A stretch of 64,000 nucleotides of DNA. It comes from Yuukianura sp. NJ FZ-2021. Its lineage: Eukaryota. Below, one piece after another: positions 44,075-56,400 of the stretch. Below the pieces are notes generated by a model that was given only the letters and a program-made list of their open reading frames with translations, ran no database searches and had not been told where the DNA came from. A program made the translations under genes and the position numbers. Location of the stretch: assembly GCA_046563655.1 (NCBI GenBank), contig CM102284.1, forward strand, positions 186,001-250,000, given 5' to 3'. Position 1 is the first letter of the stretch, and each line of letters opens with the position of its first letter.

Positions 44075-44804
44075 ACTAATTGTTATTTAATTAATTAATC
44101 AAAACTTATTCTAACATAACTAATTAATTGCTGTTAAACACACGGAGTAAACTTCAATGTTTCCTTATTTCCAGAATCAGACTAAATTCGAAATACGGGA
44201 CCTGCTATTCGGCAGACTAGCGGATTTTGCAAACAAGACGTTTGCGAATCGCAGGCGTTTATTGTAACATGTTAGCTTATATTTTGTTACAAATTCAAGT
44301 TTTTTTGTCATTTTCAACATAAAATTTTGATTTAGTTCTACCAAGGTTTTTTTCGCAACTTTTTTGCACTTTCTTTTGTGTCATTTTGAGATAAAGTTTA
44401 CGCCATGTGTTACAAGTGCTAAAAACTGTTTTAAAAACTGTTTTTTTTCGCATTTAATCGATTTTGAAAGCATTTTAGTGATTAAATTTATATCTTTTAA
44501 TTAAGCTGTGTGGGTTGAACAAGGAGAAGTGTGTTTTTAGAACAAAAGCGTGTTTTTTTTCTTTAGTCGCTCTTGTCTTAAATCGTATCTAGTTTTTGAC
44601 GAACTTAAACTGAAATGACTTTTAAATATTTTAGAAACTTTTCGTGTTTGTTCTGCATGGTCGTTGGAGATAATAGAAAGTAAATAAGAAATAACAACCT
44701 TTATAGTAGCTTTCCAGCAAAATCCACTTTTACTTTAAACTTTCACTCGAAGGCGTCATTTTAAGCTTTTCTTCAACAGTTGTGGTGCAAAACATTTAAG
44801 ACGA

Positions 44805-44920
44805 AACATTTTTCAGTTGGAACACTTCTCGGTTGAAACATCTTCCAGTTGAAAAACTTTTCAGTTGGAATACTTCTCGGTTGAAATATCTTCCAGTTGA
44901 AAAACTTTTCGGTTGAAACT
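44805..44920. repeat. ~48-bp tandem duplication just upstream of the GR start
   Basis: TTTTCAGTTGGAA(C/T)ACTTCTCGGTTGAAA(C/T)ATCTTCCAGTTGAAAAAC, about 2.3 copies. Confidence 0.8.
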
Positions 44921-44927
44921 CAGCGAA

Positions 44928-46423
44928 ATGTTGAGTGAGAAAGGCTTGGCAGCATTTGGTGCAGTGCTGTATCGATGCTGTCGTTTTCGTACTGTTCCGT
45001 TCAAGTGGAACAACGAAACGTTGATTCTGGAAACATGTTCTATACATTCGACGTTAATTGTAGTGTTAATTACATTAGTTCATCTATTGCGTCTCATTCA
45101 TTTGGTTAGCACATACATTCACTATGCCGCCGTCATGAGTCCAGCCAGACAAGCGTTGCACCTCATCTGGATTGTGACTGCGTGGTTGGGCAATGTGTTT
45201 GCATTCAACCACTTCCTAAGAAGACATGAAATTGTACAATTCTCAAATCGCTTCGTCTCTACTCAACGACGGCTAAGAAGTAAGTGACCCTGACCTTAGA
45301 AGGAAATTGACCTAACATATTTTAGAACAAGCACAAGTCCATACTGAAATTTGTTTTTGGCAGAGTTGCTGGGTCACTCGGACGGTTCAAATGTGGGTGT
45401 TCACATTTGCGAACTTTTACTCCAAGCATTAGTGTATATCCCGTATGCGAACAGTCTGTTTGCCCTTCTACTGTTTGTGGCTGACTACCGGAGTCAACGC
45501 TACCCGTACTACCACGTCTACGCTAATGCACGCCACAACTGGCTTCTCCTCGCACTATTCTCCATGTATGAAATGTTCTGCTACATCACTCTCTGGCACA
45601 TGGCTCTTTTCACCGTGGAATATGTTGTGGTCTACTGGTACGCTGGGTCTCAATGGCTCAAAGAACTAAGGTACATTATCATACAATATATAACTTACAT
45701 ATCATATTATACCATAAATATATACCCAAATACCATACACATATATCTTATGCCATTGCATATATCCAGATACCTTGTACCTTATATATGCCATTACATA
45801 TATCCAGAAACCTTATACCTTATGCATGCTATTACATATATCCAGATACCTTATACATGCCATTACATATATCCGCATACACCTCGTATATATGCCCCTA
45901 TATTTTCAGGTTGAAGACGTTCAAAACCGAAATGCATTTCGTACCTATCGGAAAAGCGGTTTCGATTTACCGCAGTTTGCTAGTGCTCAACCAAAATTTC
46001 AACGAATGTTTCTCCAGACTAGCTTTGCCTGCCTTCCAACTATTCCTGATCTGCCTCTGCACTTTTGCCAACTACCTTCTCATCTGCCTCCACGCAAATC
46101 TGCGACTCAGTGCATTCGCCGCCATAAGTGTAATCGACTTCGCATCGGTCTTGATCATTCTGATTGCATTCCCTCTGGGGGCATCCATCTGCCAGTACTC
46201 TACAGCATTCCTCAACGCCTTCAAGCAACCAACTATCCACCCATCACTGGAACCAGAGACCCTTAAAACAGTCCGATCCCTTGTACCCTTAAGGGTCTAC
46301 TTTGGAAACTTCTACTATATTCGGAAATTTACGGTATACAGAACCATTGGACTCGTTTGCTACTGGACAATGCGGGCTATTTTAATATTCTCTAAAATTA
46401 CAACGGCCGACGACGACCAATAA
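44928..46423 (+). CDS. Gustatory-receptor-like 7TM chemoreceptor (divergent)
   Basis: Exons 44928-45279, 45364-45670 and 45910-46423 give 390 aa with multiple TM segments. C-terminal PLRVYFGNFYYIRKFTVYRTIGLVCYWTMRAILIF resembles the GR TM7 signature region. Confidence 0.72.
45700..45900. repeat. Intronic minisatellite (CCATTACATATATCCAGATACCTTATACATG-like)
   Basis: Degenerate tandem copies in intron 2 of the GR gene. Confidence 0.75.
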
Positions 46424-46631
46424 ACAACTCGTGCGGACTTTAGTTTTTATTTTTCAAAATTGTTCCAAGGTTATCGATTTTTTGTTGTCGTTCGGAACAT
46501 GTTCGACCCAATTTTACGACTGTTTTGTTATGTCCATCATTAGCGGTAATTTCAACTTGGTGACATAAACTACACGTTTATGATTAAAAATTCAACAACC
46601 TGTGTTTCAATTGTGCTTTAACTTCAGAATT

Positions 46632-47303
46632 TTAACTATCGTCGGTGGATCGATTTTCCTTGAGCCACTGAATGACTTGGGTGGCACTTTGGTCCGGTGG
46701 AAACACTGGATAGAAGACCTTGACGATAACTCCGTCCTCGATAACCAGCGTTAATCTCTTCACAAGTCGTCCAAAGTTACCGAAATGGAATGTAGGCAGG
46801 CGAAGAGCTTGGACAAGGTCAAAGTTCACGTCGCTCAAGATAGGAAACGGAAGATGGAGCCTGGATACAACTTCTCTTTGGTAGTCGGTGTCTTGTGTGC
46901 TAAAACCAAACAGCTGATCTACTCCTAGTTTTCTAAGGTCAACTGCATGGTCACGAAAACCACACGATTGCGGAGTGCATCCCCTCGCCCCTGGAATAGC
47001 GTCCCATCTGAAACATATACAAAATTAAAAAAAAAAGTTGACCTATGACCTGTCGCAAAAAAAAATTTGAGCTTTTGAAAAAAAAATGTGTTACCCTTCT
47101 GGGATTGGTTGATCAGCTTGGCCAGTGCGTGGATAACAGTAGACAACGGTTGTGCCCTTAAGGGCTGCCAAGGTGACTTCAAAGCTGTCGGTGGACTTAA
47201 GGGCTACATTGGGCATGCGCAGTCCAGATAAGTGGTCACAGGCTCCATCGTCCACTGGAACGGGCAGTGATGATGGAAGGTCAAATCCTTTCGTGGAAGT
47301 CAT
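46632..47303 (-). CDS. Peroxiredoxin, BCP/PrxQ-like bacterial-type redoxin
   Basis: Exons 47303-47095 and 47007-46632 give 194 aa: LPVPVDDGACDHL, YCYPRTG, WDAIPGARGCTPQSCGFRD (peroxidatic CxxxxC), STQDTDYQRE, KRLTLVIEDGVIVKVFYPVFPPD. Confidence 0.9.
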
Positions 47304-47865
47304 TCTCACACAATGCTTAGTTTTTAAAAGTGTACAGAGAATGGAGCTCTGAGCTGATTTGAAAAGAACCGCCACGGTCACTGAATTTAAATCCCCTGCC
47401 GCTAAAAAATTCAAATTACTATTTAGGTTAGTTTATATTTTATATTAGTTTGATTAAAATAACATGACTCTACCTTATTTTATATGTTAACCACACCTTG
47501 ACCTTTACCTACCACCAACTCTAAAAAAGTGAGGAAAAAAGGGGAGTGACTATTCCTCGGATTCCGTGTTTATTAAAATCTTTCGTTTTCTCTGAATTTC
47601 GTAATTATTGGTCATAATTAATTAAATAACAGCGATTAAACTAGTGGAGGGACGTTGATTACTTTGCACAAATTTGTGTTGCATAGACTCTGTAAACAAA
47701 ACATTGCCAAAAAACACCAACTTTAACAAAAACACCGTTGCGGATATCAAGTTCATCATTTGCATAATTATAAGTGACTGGAAAATTTCAGAACTAAAAT
47801 AAGTAAATGCATCTACATACTTAACTTTTTCAACAGTTTAATTATAAACTTATCTTTTTTTTAGT

Positions 47866-48958
47866 TTAGTCGCTGTGGTCGCCCTGTCTTGCAGCACGTC
47901 GCTGCCCTGTTAGTCGTGCCTGTTCTTGCTGCCGTTGTCTGTACTCAATTGAGTTCCGGAGAGCCAGTTTGCCCACAACGTACATGCCCGTGGCCGCTGC
48001 TCCGTACAGCCCCGCCAAGTAAGTAGCCACCAAACTTGCTCCACCGAGAAAGGCCAGCACATAGAAGGCAACTGCACTCAGAGGATCCGGTTGATATGAG
48101 TAGACCATGGAGGCCAGGGAGAACACAAAGTAGAACAGACTGCCAAGAAGACCGAGAGTGAAGTTTATAAGGGCCATGAATACCCATTGGATCAGGATTG
48201 ACAAAAAGTGCTCCTCACGAGACCTTAAGAGACTGAAGAACATGTCCCAAAACGTTTGTCTTTTGGCAAACACTTTTCCGGACTCGAAAGCCCCCCAAAA
48301 CCGCTCTCGCACTTCGCTGAAACTGTATTCGGACCACAACCCGACGTAGGCATTGGCTTCTCGCAGCATTTCAGCTTTCTTGGCTTCCAATTGATTCACA
48401 ACTGCTTGTTTCTGGTCAACTACTTCCTGTAACTGGTACACTTTGTCTCGCACCGCAGGCTGAAATCGCCAGAACCACGTTTTGGCTTCGTAGGCTCTCG
48501 CTTCTGCCACTGCTAAGTCCTGCAGGGCGTCTTGAATTCCAAATAAATTATTGGCCTTGTACACCATTTCGTCATATTTGTCCGCCATTTCTGAAATAAA
48601 CAAAAAGTAGCAAGGAATGATAAAATCGAAGGAGAAATATCTGCTAATCCGCCGATTAATGCGACTTACCCGGTGTGATTGTGACTGGAGCTGGAGCAAA
48701 TACCATGAAAGCAATTCCGATGACCCACAGTACGAGTCCCACTTTGACCTTTGGTGATTCCCAAGCTCTGAGGGCAATGGCTTTGACTATTCCGTATTCC
48801 GACGGCGGTGACGACGACGATGACATAAACGTCCTACTCGCCACCATCTCTCCTCCTGCAATTAAAAAACGTTTAGCAAACGTCCAGAAAAATAATTAGA
48901 AAACGAAAATTCGACTTTTGTTCGTTTTGAACTTACGGTCATTTCCGAAGCGGTCCAT
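47866..48958 (-). CDS. Uncharacterised multi-pass membrane protein with coiled-coil region
   Basis: Exons 48958-48937, 48855-48670 and 48590-47866 join in frame (310 aa): N-terminal TM, coiled coil, motif VGLWSEY..EVRERFWGAFESGKVFAKRQTFWD, then 2-3 TM segments. Confidence 0.8.
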
Positions 48959-49459
48959 TGAAAGCCGGTGAAGATGATCCTGTTTAGTTCTCTTGATTAG
49001 AAGTTATTTGACAAATTAATTGGTAAATTAATCAACGATTAACAGCATGGTATTGGTGGTAGTGTAGTAAAAAATTATTTTGAAATCCACGTCAGGTTTT
49101 TACTTCAATGATTTTGAGTCACTCTCAGCTGAGAAATGGCAAAACCGAAAAACTTGCGGCTTTGGTCATGTCAATTGAATGGCTTCACTAATCCACAGAT
49201 TCGACGGATAAAATAGTGCGATTCGCAGTCGCATCTTTACGACAGACTACGCCTAACTGATAAGATAACATACTGATTTCAATTTATTCCTAGACGAAAC
49301 CAGTTTTAAAAATTACCGCGAAATATTTTTACGACAACATTGCATGTTTCTATCTTGGCGATAATTATTTCCCAATTGGAAATTAATTGAACACGGAACA
49401 GAAATAGACCACTGCACTGACAGTAGCAGTTACTACTGATACTTTCGAGGTTTAACATC

Positions 49460-50171
49460 ATGAAGTTTCTATGCTTCTGCAGCATTGCCCTCACGACGTT
49501 ATTCTTGGTCAACATAGTTACTCCCTCCATTTTAAGTGGAGTTGAATCATCTGAAGAGGGAGAAACTATAGAAGTATTAGATGAAGATGCTGGAACCCTC
49601 AAAAATATGCCGACGTTTGACAGCTTTTCGAACCAGCACATTTTGGATCCCGGTAAAACGTTTTGCAAACGATTAAAATACTCTTTTTTCTTACTTATTT
49701 TTTTTTTAATTTTTGTATTTTTTTAAAGCAATGTTTGTAAACGTGAGCACTCTGACGGCAGCCGAGTTGAACTTGATTGTGGGCCAGAGAGCGGGAATCG
49801 AGCAGTCGATTACCCCAGGGGGCAGTGACCTCAGAAAAAAGTCCATCCACATCTTTCTGACCGGGAATCCGGAAGAGGTCAAGAGTTCTTTCCACAAGGG
49901 CCCTTATACGACCATCTTCAATGAATCTATCCCTATCACGAACACTGGAATAAGTGACAGACCATTCGCGACCATTCTGTTGCACAAGAAAGGCCATTCA
50001 CCCAGGCGACCATACAACGCATGGGCATGTGGCTCCAAGTATGTCGTAGCTGGACTCAACCGGGTCAACGAACCGATCTACCTCCAAGGCGTTCAAGATT
50101 CACCCACCATGCCGTTTCCATGGGTCACCGCACCAGGCCTTAACCCAGCTGATTGCACGCGTATTCCTTAA
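49460..50171 (+). CDS. Small secreted protein of unknown function
   Basis: Exons 49460-49652 and 49729-50171 give 211 aa: signal peptide MKFLCFCSIALTTLFLVNIV, acidic pro-like segment and a globular domain with 2 Cys. Confidence 0.72.
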
Positions 50172-50935
50172 AACCACATCTTTCTCAAAAAACTAGCTGA
50201 AAATTATGAAGTAAACGTGATGTAAAATAGTTTTGGCGAAGAAATTTAACATTTGCGAAATGCCGTTTTCAGGAATTTAAGTTTCCGGCAATCACAGCTC
50301 TTTCTGCCAGCATAGCAGCCTCTGAACGCACGCGCTTTTTTTTTCAGCATCTTTCACCAAACGGAATAAAAACTTAGGTCTGGAAAGCCTAAAATTCCAC
50401 AGTCACAAGCAGATTTTGTGACTTTCCCCACATTGTACAGTGCAGTTTTACAAAAGAACCTAAAAATTAAAAAAAAAATGCGACATGTGAATTAGGAAAC
50501 TATGAAAATGCCTCTCGCTAAATCTAGATAAAATATGAAATATTTCTCAGTTCTTTGTTGTCGGTTGCTCTTTTTTTTTCTATATATTTGTCAAAAGTTA
50601 AAACTTGTTAAAAACTGATTGGAATTGTTAGTGTTTCCTGAGTGTCACTGTAGATGTGCAGATGTCTAAACTCTTAAGTGTGGATACAATGATGCTATAT
50701 GTTGCCTGGGTGGAGCAGGAGCATTATGCGAGTAGATTAGGAAAGAGGAAAGTAGGGGGAATTTGGTTGTCAGGCAACCCGTAGTCTGCGCACTTCGCCC
50801 TATCCAACTCCATCTCCAAATACTTTCCAATTGGAAATCTACAATTCAATCTCCACCATCTCAAATCACTCGTCCAAAATTCAAATCACCAAGGTCACGC
50901 ATCTCCATTCTAACTGGGTCAAAGTGCTATCCGAC

Positions 50936-53408
50936 ATGACTGTACTCACGAAGGTCTTCGGAGAGAAGAAACTGGATGTCCAGCCCCTTGTCACCGTAAG
51001 TCCTTGGCCCATTTAGCTATGCAACTTCTAATAATGTGCATACTAGTTAACTAATTGTGATGTTAATTGTTACTTTTATTAGGATGGTGATTTGGAGAAG
51101 GGGACTGGGAAGGACAGTGAGCAAGACTTGACTGCTGGGCTCAACGAGCGCTATCACTACATCCTCCGAACTAGAGCTGCCCGAGTGTCGTCGGCCACGA
51201 CACTTTGTCTCCTCATCACAGCATTATTGATCATGACAGTCGGACTGTTCGGTGGACTCTACGTGTACAGACAGATGACACGCACACGAGTGAGTTAACT
51301 AACTTGGCTAATTAGTTAGAGGAAGTTAGTAGTTTCATATACTTCCTCTTATGCATGGTATGGGCGTTAGTAGTGTCAACATGAAGTCCATTAGTTACTT
51401 TAACTATGATGTTAAAGTGACAGTCAGAAAACTGCCAGTCATGAGCATGGGTTTGATGATTTTACCGGTATTGATGTCACGTATCAAGATACTTCAAAGT
51501 TCAAAGTTCACTCTGAATTTGATCCGTCCTAAACCAAATGCCCCTTGCACAACATGTTTTTGTCTTTTTTATCTACCGATAAAGGATAAAGTTACCGTGT
51601 TGCAGATTGCCATAGAACTTTTATACGCCCAAACGTTAAGGAGGAAATAATTAGTTAAAACAATAAAATTATTTAGAAATTATTATTATTATTAAGGAAA
51701 ATAATATTATTCGGGTTGCAACTCTTCCTGGCGCTGCGGCCTTCTACCAAAGGAGTGGAACACAGGATGTGGTTTACTAATTTTAACTTTCCGCATAACT
51801 GTTATTGACGTCCTTGTGTTTACGGAATCTAATCATTTATCAGACTATAAACTTTGTTTTTATGATCAGAGCAAGACTGGTATTAACTTTTTACAACTGA
51901 GACTGAAACTGAAGTGACACGTGGAATGATGACTCGAATTAAAATAGAAATTATAGAATTATGAAATTATTAGAGTTACGAATTTATTGAACTTGTGGCG
52001 TTATCAAAATAGAAGTTGTAGAATCATGAAATTATAAAAGTATGAAGTTATTATAATAGCGAAGCTATTATGATAAAAGTATTATCAGTATGGGCGGTTT
52101 ACAACCGGTTTATTAGAGTTATAGAATTATAAAATTATAGAAATTATAGAATCATGAAATTATCGAAATTATAGAAGTACGAAGTTATTGAAATTATGAG
52201 ATTTTAGATTTATGATATGGTTGATTTTTGTTTTAGTTTCAGAAGCTGTGGTGCAACGTGCCGTTGGACACTCCCTTTGCAAACAGTCGCGTCTACAAAA
52301 ATGACGATGATTTGGCCAGTCCACTTTTTAGCATTCCGCAGTTGGAGAATGGAAATGGACTCCGCAAGGTTATAAATCATTTCTAATCAAAAAATTAATA
52401 AAATGAAAACTCTCAAACGCAGATTGCTCAAATTGACTTGTGTTTTCATTTGTTGATGTTAACAGATCGACGACGATGGTTTGACGTATTTGTTCGGTGA
52501 TGATCCGCAGTCAGACGCCTACTTTCGAGAGAACTTTGAGTTGGACATGGGTGATGAAGCTTTCTCCAAAATTGATGTCCCAGACTTCAAGAACGGACGG
52601 ATGGGACGGTTCATCCATGAATTCGATTCTGTAAGGCTTCACTTGATTGATTTCCTGAAAAATCAATTCATTTCCTGATTAAAATCGATAAAAATAATTT
52701 TGTTTTCGTTTTCAGAACAAAACTGCAATTGTGGATCAGAGCACGAAACGTTGCTTCATCATGCCCCTGGACCGAGAAAAAATCTCGCCACCCAAAACCA
52801 TGTTTGACATGATTCAAAAAATGTCTGCAGGTAAAATATGATGATAAAATGTATAAACTGTTTTTTATTTATTATTTTATTTATGAATTAATTAATTGAT
52901 TTATATTTTAGGATACTATTCTGTAAACACCCGCCGTGTCAGGGAAACCATGCGAGTTGTTCTTCCAGCCCTGGACGACCTCTCTGACCTCGGAGAATAC
53001 ATCAAGGAAGAATGCAAGGACAAGACGACCTACCGCCTTGAGAAATCAACGACTCGCGGTACTTATTTGAACTTTTACAGTACAACTTCTCATGAAAGTG
53101 TGAAAAAAAATATTGAACCGAGTGGGACTCGAACCTATCTCTTTTCAATCCGGGAAGAGCTCTAACCTGTGAGCTATCTGGCTCTAGCCAAATAGTTAAG
53201 TTCTAATTGTATCCCACTGTCAGGAGAGGCTGAGCTAAGAGTTGCACAATGAGAGGTTGTACTGTATTACATAAAATATACTATATTAATTATTTTTATT
53301 ATGTTTTTAGTCATCAAGAAACGAAGTATCGTAGAGGAGAAGCCGTTTGCCGAGTTCGCTGGAATGGGTACGATTGAGTACTACATTGAGAACCTGAGTG
53401 AAGTATAA
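50936..53408 (+). CDS. ITM2: Integral membrane protein 2 (ITM2/BRI family, BRICHOS domain)
   Basis: Exons ~50936-50995, 51083-51289, 52237-52368, 52466-52630, 52716-52831, 52912-53058 and 53311-53408. Type II TM, GRFIHEF, TAIVD...RCFIMPLD, GEYIKEECKDKTTYRL, furin-like KKR and a C-terminal peptide containing FAEFAG. Confidence 0.88.
51940..52215. repeat. AT-rich intronic minisatellite (AATTATAGAATTATGA-like)
   Basis: Degenerate tandem units in ITM2 intron 2. Confidence 0.65.
53078..53264. mobile_element. Tc1/pogo-type MITE (same family as 21025-21239) containing a nested tRNA-SINE
   Basis: TIR CAGTACAACTTCTC / GAGAGGTTGTACTG with TA flanks; 53208-53264 is the reverse complement of 21025-21080. 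Confidence 0.8.
53103..53184 (-). mobile_element. tRNA-derived SINE-like element, copy 4
   Basis: GAACCGAGTGGGACTCGAACC...CTCTAACCTGTGAGCTATCTGGCTC matches copies 2 and 3. Confidence 0.7.
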
Positions 53409-56400
53409 AGACACCGAAGGCTCTCATACCACAACCACAGTCACCGCAAGTTAACATTTAGTTGACTTTTTAGTTAAGTCTGAGTTGACTTAATTAAGCG
53501 AGCATTTAGTCGCAAGTTAACGTCGCAAACGCTTATCTCATCATCTTTTGTCTCATAGTTCTAAGAAATAGTGTAGACCGTGCCATACTCCAACTGCTAC
53601 GTTCATTTATTATTCATGTGTCTCTGGACACTTGAAGCGGGAGTCTTTGCGGTTTGAGCGGGAAGTTCAAAAGTTCACAAATTAGTTGGCAGGAAGTGGA
53701 AAACTTTGACAGGTTTTTTGTCTTTTGACTTGTTCTATTTTGTAGTGTGTCCCGTGGGTATTATTTGTAGTTTAGTTCAACTAAAACTATATTCTGTAAG
53801 TGGTTAAAAATAGGGCGGTAAAACACTGTTGGATTCAAAATATGGCGGTTAAACATAGTGCGGTTCAGAATTTGAGAACTGTAAATATTTGTGTCTGATC
53901 CACTGGGATTTAGCCCCCTTAGACTTACTTCACTATGTAAATATTTTAAGGAGTTCAGTCATTTAAGTTCCAACTACATTTGACCTCTGAGGTCATGCAA
54001 GGTCAAACATGTCGGGAGGAACTGCACGTTACAAATTTCTGAACAAATCGCATGGAGTTATACAATAAGACCTTATTTATGGGAATAAAAAACGTTTTTG
54101 TTGCAGAAATGTTTGTTGTAGAAACTTCCAAAATTTATTCGCGCGGTAGGCCCTTTGAGTTTTTTTTTACCAAAATTAAACGTTTGGTGCTATGCTGTAA
54201 AACTATTCAGGGGAATTCAAAAGAGGCAGAAGTTTTTTTAAATGTTTTCCTGAAATTTTATTTTGGTGACACTTTAGACACAGGAAGGAGATACAGTATT
54301 AAATTTTAAAATTCCGGAAATTCCCGGGCTTTTAGGAGTTTAAAATTCAGGAAATTCCCGGAGTGGAGTTTGGATAAAAGATTTTATGCGACTAGGGACA
54401 AAGTTGAATTTAATTTTGATGTTGACATGGGTATTAGAGTGGGAATGAACAGTGGGGGGTCGGTGAGAGGTGGGGGGGTCTAACAGTGGGGGGGGGTGTC
54501 AGGGTTCATGAGGTGGAGGGGGTTAGTGATGAGGTCTTGAGTGAAAGTTGGAATTCCTCTGTCTCCAATGAATAATTCAGTTGGAGAGAGTGAGAGTGGG
54601 AGTGAAAGTGATGATGGAATTCAAATTTCCTGGGCGATGCAAAATTCATGTCAGAATTGTGCTGAAAGTTGGATATTCTTGTGTTGTCGCCGCATGTGAA
54701 ACAAATAAACTCAAAAACGCCCGAATTCCACTTCCTATTCATCATTGTCTCTCCTGTCGGAGTCCAATAACTTAAAAGCCAAACAAACAAATTACTTTTC
54801 CCGCCCTACTCCTGATTTTCATTCTCAAAATTTACAAAATCCATTCTTTCATTTTTCAAAATTCTCCTTTTCCACTTTTCCAATTCACTGGGACAGGGGT
54901 TTCTGGATTTCCACTTTTTAAGCATTTCGTCCAAGTTATATCCAATGGATAAATGGATAAATCCGGATAAAATACGGTTTCTCTTGGACGAAATTCAGTT
55001 TCGTCCGGAAGAAACAAATAACATCCTGATATATCCACCATATTCGAGGAGAGTGGAAGAAATATTTCATCCAGCCAGCAACATTGGTGTTTCTAGTATT
55101 TTTTTATTCATTACTAATGAAATCTGTGTGTGTCCGTTGGATTCTGACTTCCACTGGGGTAACTTGAGACTTTGGATTTTTATGGTAAGTGTTTCTTCCA
55201 GGAAGTTCCTGGAGAAGGTTCCTTTGCATCAATTGTTCAATTGATTGTTGTAATTGCGCAGTAGATGTCAATTAAAGTTAGGTTTGTTAGGTTATGTTTG
55301 CATTGTATGGAGCAGAATAGAAATTGAGTCAAGTAAAAAATTGAAGGTAGACATAGAGTTGTGTTTTGGCGGGAACCTAATGTCTCTGGAGGAGCATAAC
55401 AAATTAGATGTCACTCTGTGCCTCCTTGAGTCTTGTGCCAAGGTACGTCTTCCACAAATTGTTGTGTGCCGGAATTACTTGAAACGTAGCCTAACATAAC
55501 CTGAAAGTTAGCCTAACGTGAAACGTAGCCTAACAAAACCTAACGTGAAACGTAACTTAATGTAGTTAACTGGGTTAAGGAAGGCGGAAGGAGAATAAAA
55601 AGTTTAAACAAATGACTTCTGCCGCTCCCCTTCGACGTTCCCATTTGTAAAGACAGGAGCAGGAGAGGAGCAGAGCAGCGATGCGTGCAAGGAGCTCCTC
55701 CTGTCATACCCATGTACACCACCGTCCGCCAGTTCGATTCCTCCTTGGCGCATTTTTTTCCAAAGCTTTCTCCAGTTCCAGCTTTCTATTGGAAAGAAGA
55801 AATGTTTAACTTGTGGACCAGGCTGTACACGGGTGGAAATTCGGAGGGAAGAAGAGATTAAGAAGAGATTTGGAGAGAGTTGCACACGAGGAGAAAGTGG
55901 TCCTGGGTGCCTCTCCTCTCCAGTTACCGTAAATTTCCAAATAAGTACCCCCATTTCCACATACTGCCTTGAGTACACCTCCGAATTTAGACAAGATTAG
56001 TACCGGGGGCTCTATTTGGAGATTTACGGTACTCTGAACTCATATAAGGGAGATGATGATCTTCTGTTTCACAACGGGGAGAGATTCATGTGTAAATATT
56101 AGTTGGGGGTTCCAGGATTCGAACCGGAAGACACACATCCATCACCATCTCATCACATCCTCAAAAGCATCATCTTACTCCTTCCAGCATCCAGTATTCA
56201 GCATCCAGTATCCAGTATCCAACATCAATCACTCCTCAACGGCACTCTCCACTCCGCCTAACTTTTAGTCTTTGTCTTAACTCTTTCAAGAATTCAAAAC
56301 AAAAAATTTCCGCATGCCCTGAATTTTTAGACAAAGAAAATTCGAAAACGATTTTCAAAAATGAAATTCATGGAACATTAATTTTTATCCGCTGATCGTA

